From contig CAVZJB010000017.1 in assembly GCA_963775425.1 (NCBI GenBank), positions 96,001 to 160,000 on the forward strand: DNA of 64,000 bases, in the 5' to 3' direction. Source of the DNA: an uncultured delta proteobacterium. Its GTDB lineage: Bacteria > Myxococcota > UBA727 > VGSZ01. Below are positions 21,601 through 29,511 of this stretch, piece by piece (the first letter of the stretch is position 1; every line of letters starts with the position of its first letter). The translations under genes and the position numbers were made by a program. Below the pieces are notes generated by a model. That model was not told where the DNA came from, made no database searches, and was given only the letters and a program-made list of their open reading frames with translations.

Positions 21601-24102
21601 CCGCCCGACGCCAGCGTCGACGAAGGGCAGCTCCTGCAAGCCACCGTCAGCGACACCGATCCAAACGGCGATCCGCCGCCTCCCGTCACCGCGCAGAACC
21701 TCCCCCCGGGCGCCACCTTCGACGGCAGCGCGTTCGCGTGGACGCCCGGCTTCGATCAGGCCGGCAGCTACACGATCACCTTCGTGGCCACCAACGGCTC
21801 GGGCGCCACCCGGCGCGACTGGCTCGTCACCGTGCGCGACAAGAACCGCCCGCCGGTGGTCGACGCACCGCCCGAGCTCGCCGCGCTCGAGGCGTCGCCG
21901 TACCAAAGCCAGATCGGCGCCCACGATCCCGACGGCGACGTGCTCACCTTCACGTTGGCCACGGGTCCCACCGGCCTCGCGGTCTCGTCGAGCGGCCTCG
22001 TCACCTGGACGCCGGCGTTCGCGGACGTCGGCATCCACGCGCTCACCGTGCGCATCGCCGACGGCAAGGGCGCCGTCATCCAACCGAATTTCAGCATCGT
22101 GGTCGCCGCCATCGACGTCGACGACGACGGCCTCCCCGACACGTACGAGGTGCAGGTCGGGCTCGACCCCACGCGCAACGACGCCGGCGAGGACCCCGAC
22201 CAGGACGGCCTGAGCAACCTCGAGGAATTCATCGAGAACAAGGACCCGTTCGTCTCCAACGCGCCCGGCGCACCGGTGCTGCTCGCCCCCGCCGACGGCG
22301 CGCGCAGCGACGTGGCCCGGCCGACGTTCACGTGGAGCCCCTCCACCGATCCCGACGGCGACGCGGTCTCCTACGAGCTGCGCGTGGCGCCCGTCGATGA
22401 CCCGAGCTCGTTCGTCATCAACGCGAGCGTGCCGGACGCGGCCGGCGAGGTGAGCTTCACCGCCGCCACCGACCTCGCCGAGAACACCCGCTACACCTGG
22501 CGCGTGCGCGCCACCGACGGCGTCGGCTTCTCCACCGCCGTCTCGCGCACGGTGCTCATCGACACCGTCAACGAGCCGGCGCCCGCGCCCACGCTCATCT
22601 CGCCGCCCGACGGCGCGTCCGTCGCGACGCAGACGCCCACGCTGCGCATCAACCCCGTGGTGGACCCCGACGACGAGCCCGTCAGCTACATCTTCCGCCT
22701 GCGCACCGGGCCGAGCGATCCCCCCACGTTCGAGAGCCAACCCGTCGCGGCGCCGCCCACGGGCACGGTCTCGCTCGTCGTGCCGGACCTGTTGCCCGAC
22801 GGCTCGCGCTGGTTCTGGGAAGCGCAGTCGCGCGACGCCCGCGGCCTGCTCGGCGGCATCGGCGGCCCATCCACGTTCACCGTCGACGTCACCAACCTGC
22901 CGCCGAGCGATCCGGTCGTCATCTCGCCCGCCGACGGCGAGACCGTCTCTACGCCGAACCTCACGCTGAGCTTCGTCGAGAGCATCGACCCCGAGGGCGC
23001 CGCCGTCGTCGACACCGTGCAGGTGGCGCGCGACGCGGGCTTCGATCCCGCCGGCCGGCTCGACTTTGGCCCGCTCTCCGCCGTCGGCGGCGTCGTGAGC
23101 GTCGATCTCCAGGACCTCAGCGACGGCGTCGTCTTCTGGCGCGCGAGCGCGTCGGACGGCGTGGTCGCGAGCGACGTGGTCGAGGGCAGCTTCACCGTCG
23201 ACGCCACCGACGACCCCCCTGCGGCGCCGAGCCTCATCGCGCCGTCGAACAACGCGCTCGTCGAGTCCCACGACGTGCTGACGGTGGTCGAGCTCACCGC
23301 CGACCCCGAGGGCGGCCCGGTGGCGGCGCACATCGAGATCCTCGACACCGCGGACACGCTCATCACCTCCGTCGACGACGTCGCCGACGAAGACGACGGC
23401 GTCGTTGACGGACAGGCGCGCGCGACGTTCACGCTCGACGACGGCCTCTACCACTGGCGCGCGCGCGTGGACGAGCCGGACGGAGTGGTCTCGGCGTTCT
23501 CCGAGGTCCACACGTTCCGCGTGCAGGCGGGGAACGCGCGGCCCGCGGCGCCCGTGCTCATCGCGCCCGCCGAGGGCGAGGTGGTCACCACTGCCACGCC
23601 CACGCTCCGCTTCGCCGAGGCCGTCGATCCCGACGGCGACGCCGTCACCCACGACGTCACCGTGCACGTCGACGGCGCACTCGCGTTCTCCCAGGCGGGG
23701 CTCCGCGCCGAGGGCGGCGTGGTCGAGCTCACCGTGCCTTCGCCCCTCCCCGCCGGCGCCGCGACATGGACGGTGCGCGGGCGCGACCTCGGTGGCGCCG
23801 GCAATCCCGCCGTGGGCACCTTCGTCATCGACCTCGGCGGCGGCGACGACGCCGGCGTCCCCGACAGCGACGGCGGCCCCGTCGTCGACGGCGGGCCCGG
23901 CGCCGACGCCGGCACCGACGAAGGCGTCGACGGGGGGACCACCAAGCCCGGCGACGACATCCCCGTCACCGGCGACTTCGGCCCGGCGCCGCTGCCGCCT
24001 GCGAGCTGCGGCGGCTGCAGCGGGACCGGTCCCGTCGACGCCGGCTTCTTCGGCGCGGCGCTCGTGCTCCTCGGTGCCGCGCTCCGGCGCCGGCGCCGCT
24101 GA
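12655..24102 (+). CDS. Paralogous giant (~3,815 aa) surface adhesin-like protein with the same architecture
   Basis: GGAGG at 12646-12650 precedes TTG at 12655; signal peptide RPLFPIAIVVASAFAGTPALA; colinear with the upstream gene; ends SCGGCS-hydrophobic-RRRRR. Confidence 0.9.
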   Translation: MRPLFPIAIVVASAFAGTPALAQSITVSSPGDQSVIAGQTLSFNVTSNVNATWSIIRNPSIQTRGCGGLPPIGFLAPVIGATISSGPSTSATVTYDGAYTAYGIGTQTCVKVTACVGTTCSSSAFFNIVVSKSSAEHATARAHNTVVDIGSTKGTKIAVYPRQSSVLSGVLPSTVMELASCPPGAAECAPPSLPSWITGANITDRYGVIAKPPFGTVPGLWTFRVKPPSITSEREPNDSTTNADPITNGVNVTGSVSHNILFGFGDTDVFFVEGVSGQTLTAEEVAPCPSLATTVAIVDRNGNTLNTRSAAAGVCASVSLIMTSNAQHFISVSTSGNGNTDYVLRARGPAGQPPPGSRTVDLHLIGPDNVRTDRRYNAAGSTDPFPAEAEDEPRNDVFAEGAVSQFGPVRGDLDPAGDTDTFQFYADPRFPSTFAIVGDHGGPCPSSSMRLVIKENTNGGLVTLADSDDHPGACAAIHEFVAPHEGSYYVTVSDDANEQAPGYMLEDLGDGGTEHEPNGTTGTASFIGEPEGVMAIGSLSSSSDVDFWFLQNKILPGDVIAARATGVDEVCPGAMTLSLLYDNTSGSCSAVGAGVVVIDTVTGDGTTCPAFDLEVAPCAGTYYLEASNGPVDEYRIIGRIFPASPPLPDVTGDFGEFDTQTFTYGTCGAGQSLAYSGNTGTFHNVSHVALYDESGESTTPACSASTTAAFDGAGICRFFADEPVDDGTLGISFVYDRRGSSSILYAPDLSQFGPVGAPLFKKFHVVGYASGADPTRNADSKYLKSVGNFFLFADTTLHYSNARGGNDLEYQMRHECNTYCGLPGCATFSDPSDCGGKAACVVDAPYDEGAHIRFDLSRYNRTASVTLARCTGFSDSACTQPLLGASYDSATDELRWDVPSTAGTAQQFFRLRAQASGDPTNDFYFVVNTRDVPAFGLTGSDLYPASLREDHPEGFQTEDARFVEVAGAFGFSHNTPASRSLLPNDIVIARVLGLNGLFAPPRTFHVDVSNRGNQASAATFLDVFVVDPFFDTNGNLSYPIPQDAVPYTSVAVPAMAVGASQNVSFTLAENDMFTQDALTLRPRALHVQVRGNTTEPVNASANNVLGPVIFSEVVGTIRKLGNDVHGEIVSVTPASPHEGDAVSVYTVVESKPCPASPPEVLRFYNDQPSPPTGSTAFDEQLTLPGLGDGGCTAGFTHVFTAHKPANATDTLSLRAFADATNTVAEDNETNNIMPSTANAFPLPVQNTPPSFLTNPPTAATEDITYSYDVQVNDDDAVDRARMTLTLQSGPAGMVLNTPVLFGNGKRATLSWAPTDAQAAAGTQSVTLRTCDGDPVVGGAGACVDQSFVINVTRVNDPPIITSTPPNPVLATEDALTSYTMTAVDEESGTVTFSISTPPPQNGGSNPMTVTTLSPTSARFDWTPGDDGVGSKSAQLRVSDGVNAVTQVVNFNVANVNDTPVVGPASSSVGTEDQPFSATLSINDADVDVSAIAQTFVCSLVGAPSWVSVATTNTTPRHCTLSGTPLNADTGLNSFTVRVTDNGSPPLHGDRAVSIDVANVNDAPSLGAPSATSATQGQPFTATLAVSDADLSAPGAGESFTFFKDQGPAAMVLTPGAASVTLTWTPGPADVNPPTVPVTIRVRDSGGLESSRSFTVSVTNVNDPPVLQDPPDATITEGQSFNVTLVATDADIAAGLSDTLTFSIVSGAPPGMSINSATGAVALGTTDDAQVGTFNVKVRVRDAANTGTDQTFVLTVTNVEEPPVLAPLGDESTDEDAPYTRTISATDPDPGSSVTYSLTSPPAGMTIGSSSGVINFTPANADVGDHTITVVAKDNTNRTATQSYTLTVINVNDAPVITSTPITTGTQDQPYSYAFTANDVDAGDVLTLSAITLPSWLLFNTNTGVLAGTPRNADAFAANNVTLRVSDGTVAVTQSFSITVANVNDPPVLAPIGNKAVNENANLSFSVGATDPDPGTTLTLSVTGLPTGAAFNAATGAFSWTPSSADIGNHSVTFTASDGALTDQETINIAVGNVNDPPVLDAVGDKSVNEGVTLSFTVTASDPDGTTPTLNAVGEPGADPFLAGATFNAATGAFSWATDFTDSGTYFVTFSASDSEFTDTEIVQITVAEVNRPPVITSTAPTTTNEDAVFTYAAAGNDPDGDSISWSLTTRPAGMVINASSGAVTWDRPLQADVGPHAVTIHLSDGRGGSADQSFTLTVQNVNDAPVFTSSPPTSGTEDVAFSYTATATDEDPGTTLVFSAPTLPAWLSFNASTHVLSGTPREGDSGNNAVTLRVSDGTVNVDQSFVIAVAAVNDPPAFVAPTPSGTVNGAEGSLLTFTLAATDPDSANLSFSMTGLPTGATLNAASGAFSWTPSFTDAGTRNVTLVVSDGALQDTRPLAIVIADTDRPPVISAPATASGAEGTLISFSVSGSDPDGDAVTLSLVSGPTGATFNAATGAFSFTPDFNQSGTQTATFRATAGGLTADATTTITVSDVNRPPVVTSTAPTSANEDALLTYTVTASDPDGDTPLSFALTVGPSNATLGPTTPASPTAALLSWTPVQAQVGSKQFEIRVSDGHGGVVNHDFTIVVANVNDPPVFTSVAPTAATQDVPYNYTPTTSDEDGDTLSFSLTTAPATMTVNAASGALTYLPRNADVGSHNVALKVDDGHGGTATQSFTVVVANVNDAPVFAANPAPATAVLQDDTFTFKPSVTDPDTGDTVTLSLVSPPSGMTLVNGAGNASGPKDTVTWTPGNDDVGDHPVRVRATNPHGATTDLAFTLTVVNVNDTPFFATAPIDAAVTEGALFSATVVADDIDLGDSLVYTLIGNPPRAAIDPDTGALTFLPDDPDTGPASPVTFTVRVEDLAGAFVEQTARFTVTAVNDPPVLAPIADVQVQPGDTVTITLSATDPDGPVQTFIATASDGGPLPAGATLTGNVFTWPTDAGDLGVTELTFKVSDSITVDTQNVTIIVGDGGLPPVLTLPPDASVDEGQLLQATVSDTDPNGDPPPPVTAQNLPPGATFDGSAFAWTPGFDQAGSYTITFVATNGSGATRRDWLVTVRDKNRPPVVDAPPELAALEASPYQSQIGAHDPDGDVLTFTLATGPTGLAVSSSGLVTWTPAFADVGIHALTVRIADGKGAVIQPNFSIVVAAIDVDDDGLPDTYEVQVGLDPTRNDAGEDPDQDGLSNLEEFIENKDPFVSNAPGAPVLLAPADGARSDVARPTFTWSPSTDPDGDAVSYELRVAPVDDPSSFVINASVPDAAGEVSFTAATDLAENTRYTWRVRATDGVGFSTAVSRTVLIDTVNEPAPAPTLISPPDGASVATQTPTLRINPVVDPDDEPVSYIFRLRTGPSDPPTFESQPVAAPPTGTVSLVVPDLLPDGSRWFWEAQSRDARGLLGGIGGPSTFTVDVTNLPPSDPVVISPADGETVSTPNLTLSFVESIDPEGAAVVDTVQVARDAGFDPAGRLDFGPLSAVGGVVSVDLQDLSDGVVFWRASASDGVVASDVVEGSFTVDATDDPPAAPSLIAPSNNALVESHDVLTVVELTADPEGGPVAAHIEILDTADTLITSVDDVADEDDGVVDGQARATFTLDDGLYHWRARVDEPDGVVSAFSEVHTFRVQAGNARPAAPVLIAPAEGEVVTTATPTLRFAEAVDPDGDAVTHDVTVHVDGALAFSQAGLRAEGGVVELTVPSPLPAGAATWTVRGRDLGGAGNPAVGTFVIDLGGGDDAGVPDSDGGPVVDGGPGADAGTDEGVDGGTTKPGDDIPVTGDFGPAPLPPASCGGCSGTGPVDAGFFGAALVLLGAALRRRRR

Positions 24103-24147
24103 GCCCCGGGGCCCGCTGGGGGCGAGCGCCGTGAGGACGGCCGCGTG

Positions 24148-24777
24148 TCAGCGGCGCGCGTCACCGCCGGGGTGCGCCGCCGGCGACGCGACCAGCCGGG
24201 CGAGCTCGTCGTCGTCGAGGGCGCGCCAGGCGCCGGGCGCGAGGTCGAGCGCAAAGGCCCCGACCGCCACCCGCACGAGGCGGAGCGTCGGGTGGCCGAC
24301 GGCGGCGGTCATGCGGCGCACCTGACGGTTCCTGCCCTCGACGATGCGCAGCTCGAGCCACGCGGTGGGGACGGACTTGCGGAAGCGCACCGGCGGATCG
24401 CGCGGCCACAGCGCGGGCGCGTCGACGAGCCGCGCCCGCGCCGGCAGCGTGCGCGTCCCGTCGAGGACGATGCCGGCCTCGAGCGCGGCGACCGCGGCGG
24501 CGTCCGGGACGCGCTCCACCTGCACCAGGTAGGTCTTTTCGTGGCGCCGCCGTGGAGAGAGCAGCCTGTCGACGAGCGCCTTGTCCGCCGACAGGATCAA
24601 CAAGCCCTCGCTGTCGGCGTCGAGCCTGCCCACCGGCCACACGTCGCGCGGCAGCGCCGGCTGAACGCTCGACAGCGGCGCGTTGTCGCTGCCGTCGGCC
24701 GTGAAGCGCGAGAGCACGCCGTACGGCTTGTTGAGCGCCACCGTGATCCCGCGCCGCAGCCCCGCTCGCTCGCTCAC
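24148..24777 (-). CDS. rluE: Pseudouridine synthase, RsuA/RluE family (no S4 domain)
   Basis: NKPYGVLS, GRLDADSEGLL (catalytic Asp), EGRNRQVRRMTAAVGHPTLRLVR; start uncertain (24777 or 24837). Confidence 0.85.
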   Translation of the reverse strand: MSERAGLRRGITVALNKPYGVLSRFTADGSDNAPLSSVQPALPRDVWPVGRLDADSEGLLILSADKALVDRLLSPRRRHEKTYLVQVERVPDAAAVAALEAGIVLDGTRTLPARARLVDAPALWPRDPPVRFRKSVPTAWLELRIVEGRNRQVRRMTAAVGHPTLRLVRVAVGAFALDLAPGAWRALDDDELARLVASPAAHPGGDARR

Positions 24778-24841
24778 GGCCCGCTCCCGCGCCGCGCGCG
24801 CACGCGATGCCTGCCGCGCTCTTCCCCGATCCGCCACGTCG

Positions 24842-26215
24842 TCACCCCCGGGGCGCGTCGCGCGCCACCGTGAAGCCGAAGCGGCCCGCGCCGCCTTTTT
24901 GGCCGGCGAAGGCGACGCCGCCGTGGGCCTCGGCGATGCGCTTGACGAGCGAGAGCCCGAGCCCGAGCGAGCCCTTGTCGCCTCGATGAAAGAACGGCTC
25001 GAACACGCGCTCCGCGTCCTCCGGCGCGACGCCTTGGCCGCTGTCCTCCACGACGAACGCGAGCTCGTCCTCGCGCGGCTCGAGGATGAGGCGCACGACG
25101 CCGCCGCCGTGGGTGCGCGCGTTTTCGAGCAGGTTGCCGAGGGCGCCGAGCAGGAGCGTGGGATCGCCCCGCACCGTGATCGCGCGTAAGCCCTCCGACC
25201 CGGTGCCGCTCGGGCCGGCGACGGGCAGGGTCAGCTTGTCGGGGGGCTCCCCTGCCCGCTCGAGCGCGCGGCGGGCGAGGTCGACGGCGTCGACGTCGCG
25301 CTTGTCGGCGAGGGCGAAGTCGAGGCGGGAGCTGGCGAGCAACTTCTCGATGAGCGCGTCCATCTCGAGCACCTCGCGCTCGATGTCGTCGACGACCTTG
25401 TCGCTCGGCTTGTCGCGCAGGAGCTCCACGAGGATGCGCAGGTGGCCGAGCGGCGTGCGCATCTCGTGCGACGCGCCCGCGAGGAGCGCGCGCTGGTCGC
25501 GGAGCTGGGTCTCGATGCGATCGGCCATCTCGGAGAGCGCGTCGGCGAGCACGCGCACCTCGAGGACGGCGCGCCGGCCCACCCTCGGGCGCGCGCGCAG
25601 GTCGCCCTCGCCGATGCGGCGCGCGACGTCGACGAGGTTCCTGATGGGTCGCGCGGCGGCGCGCGCGAACACCGCGGACACCGTCCACAGCACGCTCAAC
25701 GCCGCCGCGAGCGCCAGCGCGCCCCGCCAGGGTGGGCCGTGCTGGCCCGGGCGGCACGCGGTGAGGCGGCCGAGCTTGTGTCCGCCGTCGTCGCGGACGT
25801 CGAACGCGAACGACGACGCGGCGCCGCAGTCGCCCGGGCGCCCGCCCGTGAACAACACGGCGCCGTCGCGGTCCACGAGGACGACACGCACCTCGAGGTC
25901 ACGCGCGGCGTCGCTCAACAACTGCGCGCGCGCGGCCGGGTCGTCCCACGTGCGCGCGAGCTGCGACGACGCGAAGGCTCGAAAGCGCGCCATCTCGTGC
26001 CACCACGCGTTCGGCCCCGAGCTGAGGCTCACGACGAACATCACTGCGGCGGCGGTGGCGGCGATGGAGGCGAAGCCGCCGAAGAAGAGCACCCGGTGCA
26101 GCGTGATGTGTCTGCGGTGCCAGCGGCGCCCGTGGGGACCGGGCCCGTGCATCTCGTGGTGCCACGCGTGGCGGCGCCCGTGCCCATGCGCGCCGTGGTT
26201 CGAGCGCCCCCTCAA
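24842..26215 (-). CDS. HAMP-domain sensor histidine kinase with a His-rich N-terminus
   Basis: Two TM segments, HAMP, H-box SHEMRTPL, N-box NLLENA, G-boxes DSGQG and GLGLSL; TTG start overlaps the regulator stop. Confidence 0.93.
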   Translation of the reverse strand: MRGRSNHGAHGHGRRHAWHHEMHGPGPHGRRWHRRHITLHRVLFFGGFASIAATAAAVMFVVSLSSGPNAWWHEMARFRAFASSQLARTWDDPAARAQLLSDAARDLEVRVVLVDRDGAVLFTGGRPGDCGAASSFAFDVRDDGGHKLGRLTACRPGQHGPPWRGALALAAALSVLWTVSAVFARAAARPIRNLVDVARRIGEGDLRARPRVGRRAVLEVRVLADALSEMADRIETQLRDQRALLAGASHEMRTPLGHLRILVELLRDKPSDKVVDDIEREVLEMDALIEKLLASSRLDFALADKRDVDAVDLARRALERAGEPPDKLTLPVAGPSGTGSEGLRAITVRGDPTLLLGALGNLLENARTHGGGVVRLILEPREDELAFVVEDSGQGVAPEDAERVFEPFFHRGDKGSLGLGLSLVKRIAEAHGGVAFAGQKGGAGRFGFTVARDAPRG

Positions 26216-26907
26216 TGCCCCTCCTTGCCCTCGCGGGCGTAGACGTAGCCCACGCCGCGAACGGTCTTGATGGGCGAAGGCTCGCCGAGCTTCTGGCGCA
26301 GATGCGAGATGTGGACGTCGACGGTGCGCTCGCTGACGACGACGTCGGCGCGGCCCGCCTCCGCGAGCAGCGCGTCGCGCGGGATGGGCCGCCCCGCGCG
26401 CCGCATCAAGGCGACGAGCACGTCGAGCTCGAGCGCCGTGAGGTCGAGCCCGCGGCCGGCGCGCTCCGCCGTGCGCGCGCCCACATCGACGACGACGTCG
26501 CCCACGGCGACCGTCTCGCTCACACCGCCGAGGACGCTGTCGGGGCTCGCGCGCCGGAGCACCGCGCGCAGCCGCGCGAGCAGCTCGCGCGGGTTGAACG
26601 GCTTTCCAAGGTAGTCGTCGGCGCCGAGCTCGAGCCCCACGATGCGGTCGGCCTCGTCGCCGCGCGCGGTGAGCATCACGACGGGCAACCGGCTCTTCAG
26701 ACGAATGCGGCGCACGACCTCGAGGCCGTCGAGCCCGGGCATCATGACGTCGAGGAGCACGGCGTCGAACGCCCCTTGCTCGAGGAGCGCGAGCCCGCGA
26801 CCGCCGTCGGGCGCGTGCGCCACGGTGAAGTCGAACGGCTCGAGGTAGCTCGACAACAGCTCGAACAAGCGAGCGTCGTCGTCGATGAGCAACAGCCGTG
26901 TCGACAT
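26212..26907 (-). CDS. OmpR/CpxR-family response regulator
   Basis: LLLIDDD, LLDVMMPG, GADDYLGKPF, RTVDVHISHLRQKL, TVRGVGY. Confidence 0.95.
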   Translation of the reverse strand: MSTRLLLIDDDARLFELLSSYLEPFDFTVAHAPDGGRGLALLEQGAFDAVLLDVMMPGLDGLEVVRRIRLKSRLPVVMLTARGDEADRIVGLELGADDYLGKPFNPRELLARLRAVLRRASPDSVLGGVSETVAVGDVVVDVGARTAERAGRGLDLTALELDVLVALMRRAGRPIPRDALLAEAGRADVVVSERTVDVHISHLRQKLGEPSPIKTVRGVGYVYAREGKEGH

Positions 26908-26993
26908 CGGGCTCACGTTAGCATCCCCCCCGCGCGCGCCACGCTCGCCGCGTGGGAGCGGCGAACGTGGCGCTGCGGGGCGCGATGTTGCGG

Positions 26994-27128
26994 CTAGCGC
27001 TCGTGCCAGTGGGCGCAGGCTTGCCCGTGGCAGCGGTGGTGGTGGGAGAGGTGCCAGATGCCGCTGCCGTAGCCGCCGACGACACCGAGCGAGAGGAGGG
27101 CGATGGCGATGATTCTACGTGGGGTCAT
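26994..27128 (-). CDS. 44-aa His-rich small membrane protein (absent from ORF track)
   Basis: AAGGAG RBS immediately after the upstream stop; MTPRRIIAIALLSLGVVGGYGSGIWHLSHHHRCHGQACAHWHER. Confidence 0.65.
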   Translation of the reverse strand: MTPRRIIAIALLSLGVVGGYGSGIWHLSHHHRCHGQACAHWHER

Positions 27129-27140
27129 GGGGGTCTCCTT

Positions 27141-27752
27141 TCAGGCCTGGTCCGCGAGGTGCTCGAGCGCGCGGCCGCCGCGGCCGACGAGGTCGGCGAG
27201 GATGCGCCGCTGTCGCGCGTCGAGGGCGTCGTGGATCCTGGCGAGCGCCGAGAACGAGGCGTCGCGCACGGCGTCGGTGGAGGTCTCGAGGTGAGAGAAC
27301 GCCTCGGCCATGTTCTCGACCTTGAAGTCGTCTCCGCGCAGCGCCTCGGCGACCTGCTTGGCGCCCTTGGCCTTCTCCTCCGCGGACCGCTTGAACGCGG
27401 CGCGCAGCTCGCGCAGCGCCTCGGCGATCACCCGCTCCTGGCCGGGCGTGGTCTGCAGCCGCTCGAAGAGGCCGCGCAAAAACACCGGGCCGGGGCCGCC
27501 CTCGTCGCCGCCGGCGCCGTCGTCGTCGAAGCCCTCGGAGCCGTGGCCCCAGGGTCCGTGATGATGGTGCCGCCGCCAGGCGCGGCCGCCTCCGTACGGG
27601 CCGCCGCAGCCGCCCCAGGAGCCGCCGCCGCAGCCGCCCCAGCCGCCGCGGCCGCAGCCGCCGCGCCGATAGCCGTACCGCCCGCCCCCGTGGTGGCGGA
27701 GGACCTTGATGAGACCGATCAGGCACGCTGTGCCGACGACGAACCCGAGCAT
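27141..27752 (-). CDS. Spy/CpxP-like (periplasmic heavy-metal sensor-type) helical protein with a Gly/Cys/His-rich linker
   Basis: N-terminal hydrophobic anchor; LQTTPGQE and IHDALDARQR (LTxxQ-like) motifs; AAGGAG RBS; upstream of the two-component genes. Confidence 0.7.
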   Translation of the reverse strand: MLGFVVGTACLIGLIKVLRHHGGGRYGYRRGGCGRGGWGGCGGGSWGGCGGPYGGGRAWRRHHHHGPWGHGSEGFDDDGAGGDEGGPGPVFLRGLFERLQTTPGQERVIAEALRELRAAFKRSAEEKAKGAKQVAEALRGDDFKVENMAEAFSHLETSTDAVRDASFSALARIHDALDARQRRILADLVGRGGRALEHLADQA

Positions 27753-27952
27753 CTTCGTTCTCCTTGCGGGCCCGGCAGGTGGGCCCGTCCTCCCTTTCGT
27801 AGGGCCCGTTCGTGAAGCGCAGCGCATGCGGATCGTGAAGTTGCATGAAGGCCGCGCTTGACCGGCCCCGGCCAGTGCGTACGGGAGAGGTACGGAAAGA
27901 GTGGCAACCAGTGGACGAGAGCGCACATACGCGCCTCGCCGAGGAGGAGATC

Positions 27953-28378
27953 ATGTTCGAGACCCGCTTGTTCGAGAATTTTGCGGACCTGGACCGCACC
28001 TTCGCCGCGCTGGACGCCGTGCGGCGCGGCTTCGAGCGCCGCACCGAGGAGCGCGTCGAGCCGCGCTTCACCGCCGAGGACACCGGCGACGCGTACGTGT
28101 GTCGCGCCGAGCTGCCGGGCGTCCCCGCGAGCGTGCTCGAGGTGACGCTGACGGGTCAGGTGCTCAAGCTGCAGGCGCGTCGCAAGCTCGACGTCCCCGC
28201 GGGCTTCACCGCCCATCGCCGCGAGCGCCCGTCGTTCGAGCTGTCGCGCAGCGTCACGCTGCCCGCCAAGGTCGACGCCGAGCGTGTCACCGCCACCGCC
28301 AAGGACGGCGTCGTCACCGTCACGCTGCCGAAGGCCGCAGAGGCCAAGCCCCGCACCATCACCGTCGAGACCGCCTGA
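27953..28378 (+). CDS. Hsp20/alpha-crystallin small heat-shock protein
   Basis: GAGGAGG RBS; AELPGV, HRRER, ATAKDGVVTVTLPK. Confidence 0.92.
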   Translation: MFETRLFENFADLDRTFAALDAVRRGFERRTEERVEPRFTAEDTGDAYVCRAELPGVPASVLEVTLTGQVLKLQARRKLDVPAGFTAHRRERPSFELSRSVTLPAKVDAERVTATAKDGVVTVTLPKAAEAKPRTITVETA

Positions 28379-28389
28379 GGAGGACCGCC

Positions 28390-28758
28390 ATGCAGAACCT
28401 CGAGAAACGCCAGAGCCCCCAAGTGGAACGCATGCCCCAGGCGTCGCGCCTGCGCACCGTCGCCCCCGCCGTCGACATCTACGAAGGCGCCGAGGAGACG
28501 TGGCTCGTCGCCGACCTGCCCGGAGTGAAGAAGGACGACCTGCACGTCGAGGTCGACAACGAGGAGCTGCGGTTGCGCGCGCAAGCGCACCCGTTTTCGG
28601 ACGAGAGCGCCACCTTCGAATTCTCGCGCGCCTTCCGCATCCCGCCGGGCATCGACCCACAGGCGGTGCGCGCGGATCTCAAGGACGGTGTGCTGACGCT
28701 CAAGCTGCCGAAGCCCGAGGAGAAGAAGCCCCGCAAGATCGACGTGCACGTCGCGTGA
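28390..28758 (+). CDS. Hsp20/alpha-crystallin small heat-shock protein
   Basis: GAGGAGG RBS; PAVDIYE, ADLPGV, ADLKDGVLTLKLPK. Confidence 0.92.
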   Translation: MQNLEKRQSPQVERMPQASRLRTVAPAVDIYEGAEETWLVADLPGVKKDDLHVEVDNEELRLRAQAHPFSDESATFEFSRAFRIPPGIDPQAVRADLKDGVLTLKLPKPEEKKPRKIDVHVA

Positions 28759-28800
28759 TCAGCCACCGGAGGGAGCGGCCGCGCCTGATCGGCGCATGGG

Positions 28801-29406
28801 TCACGGCGCCGACGACGCCACCGTCGCCGGCGCCCGGTCCAGGTAGCGTTGCATGAACGTGCCGAGCTTCACGTAGCCGTCGCGCACGCCGCCCTTGATC
28901 ATCGCCTCCACGAGCGGGCCGACGATCGGGGCGTCGACCTGCAACACGGCGTCGATGTGGAGGCGGACGCCGTCGCCGACCTCGCGGAAGGCGATGGTGC
29001 CTCCGTAGCGGAGCTGCCGGCAGACCGTGGTCGCGATGAAGAAGTCGATCTTGTGCGCGCCCGTGTCGTAGCGCGAGACCTCGTCATAGCGCACCTGGTC
29101 GTCGGATCCGAAGGCGCGCAGCGGCCCCGGCAGCGTCACGGCCGGGCGCATGCGCACCGTGCGCAGGCGAACGCCGCCGTCGTCGACGTCGGAGACGAGG
29201 TCACGGCTCTTGATCCCCATGACGGGCGCCGCGGCGTCGTTGAAGGCCTCGCTGAAATAGGTGCGCACGAAGCGCTCCATCGTGACGTGCTTGAACACCT
29301 CGTCGACGACGACGGCGGTGCCGCGGCCGGAGCGCGGCTTGCATTCGGGTGCGCGGTCGCCGGCGGCGGCGACGACGAGAAGACCTGCGAGGACAGGGAC
29401 GATCAT
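28801..29406 (-). CDS. DUF2505/START-like fold protein with N-terminal hydrophobic segment
   Basis: Pattern of alternating beta strands and a C-terminal helix (PIVGPLVEAMI) recalled for DUF2505 proteins. Confidence 0.5.
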   Translation of the reverse strand: MIVPVLAGLLVVAAAGDRAPECKPRSGRGTAVVVDEVFKHVTMERFVRTYFSEAFNDAAAPVMGIKSRDLVSDVDDGGVRLRTVRMRPAVTLPGPLRAFGSDDQVRYDEVSRYDTGAHKIDFFIATTVCRQLRYGGTIAFREVGDGVRLHIDAVLQVDAPIVGPLVEAMIKGGVRDGYVKLGTFMQRYLDRAPATVASSAP

Positions 29407-29511
29407 GCGTGCGGGCTCCGCTGACGAACGCCGTAGGACACCGGGCGCAGCGAACCCGCGCACACTCCGGACACCTACGAGCTCGATGGGACCCGCGCAG
29501 CAGCGCGACGC

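Noticed and set aside
1972-23667. Many long antisense or alternate-frame ORFs inside the giant genes (up to 1673 aa)
   Set aside because: Expected in very GC-rich DNA with few off-frame stops; Arg/Gly-rich with no motifs
27753-27952. CIRCE or HAIR heat-shock operator upstream of the Hsp20 genes
   Set aside because: Neither inverted-repeat consensus is present
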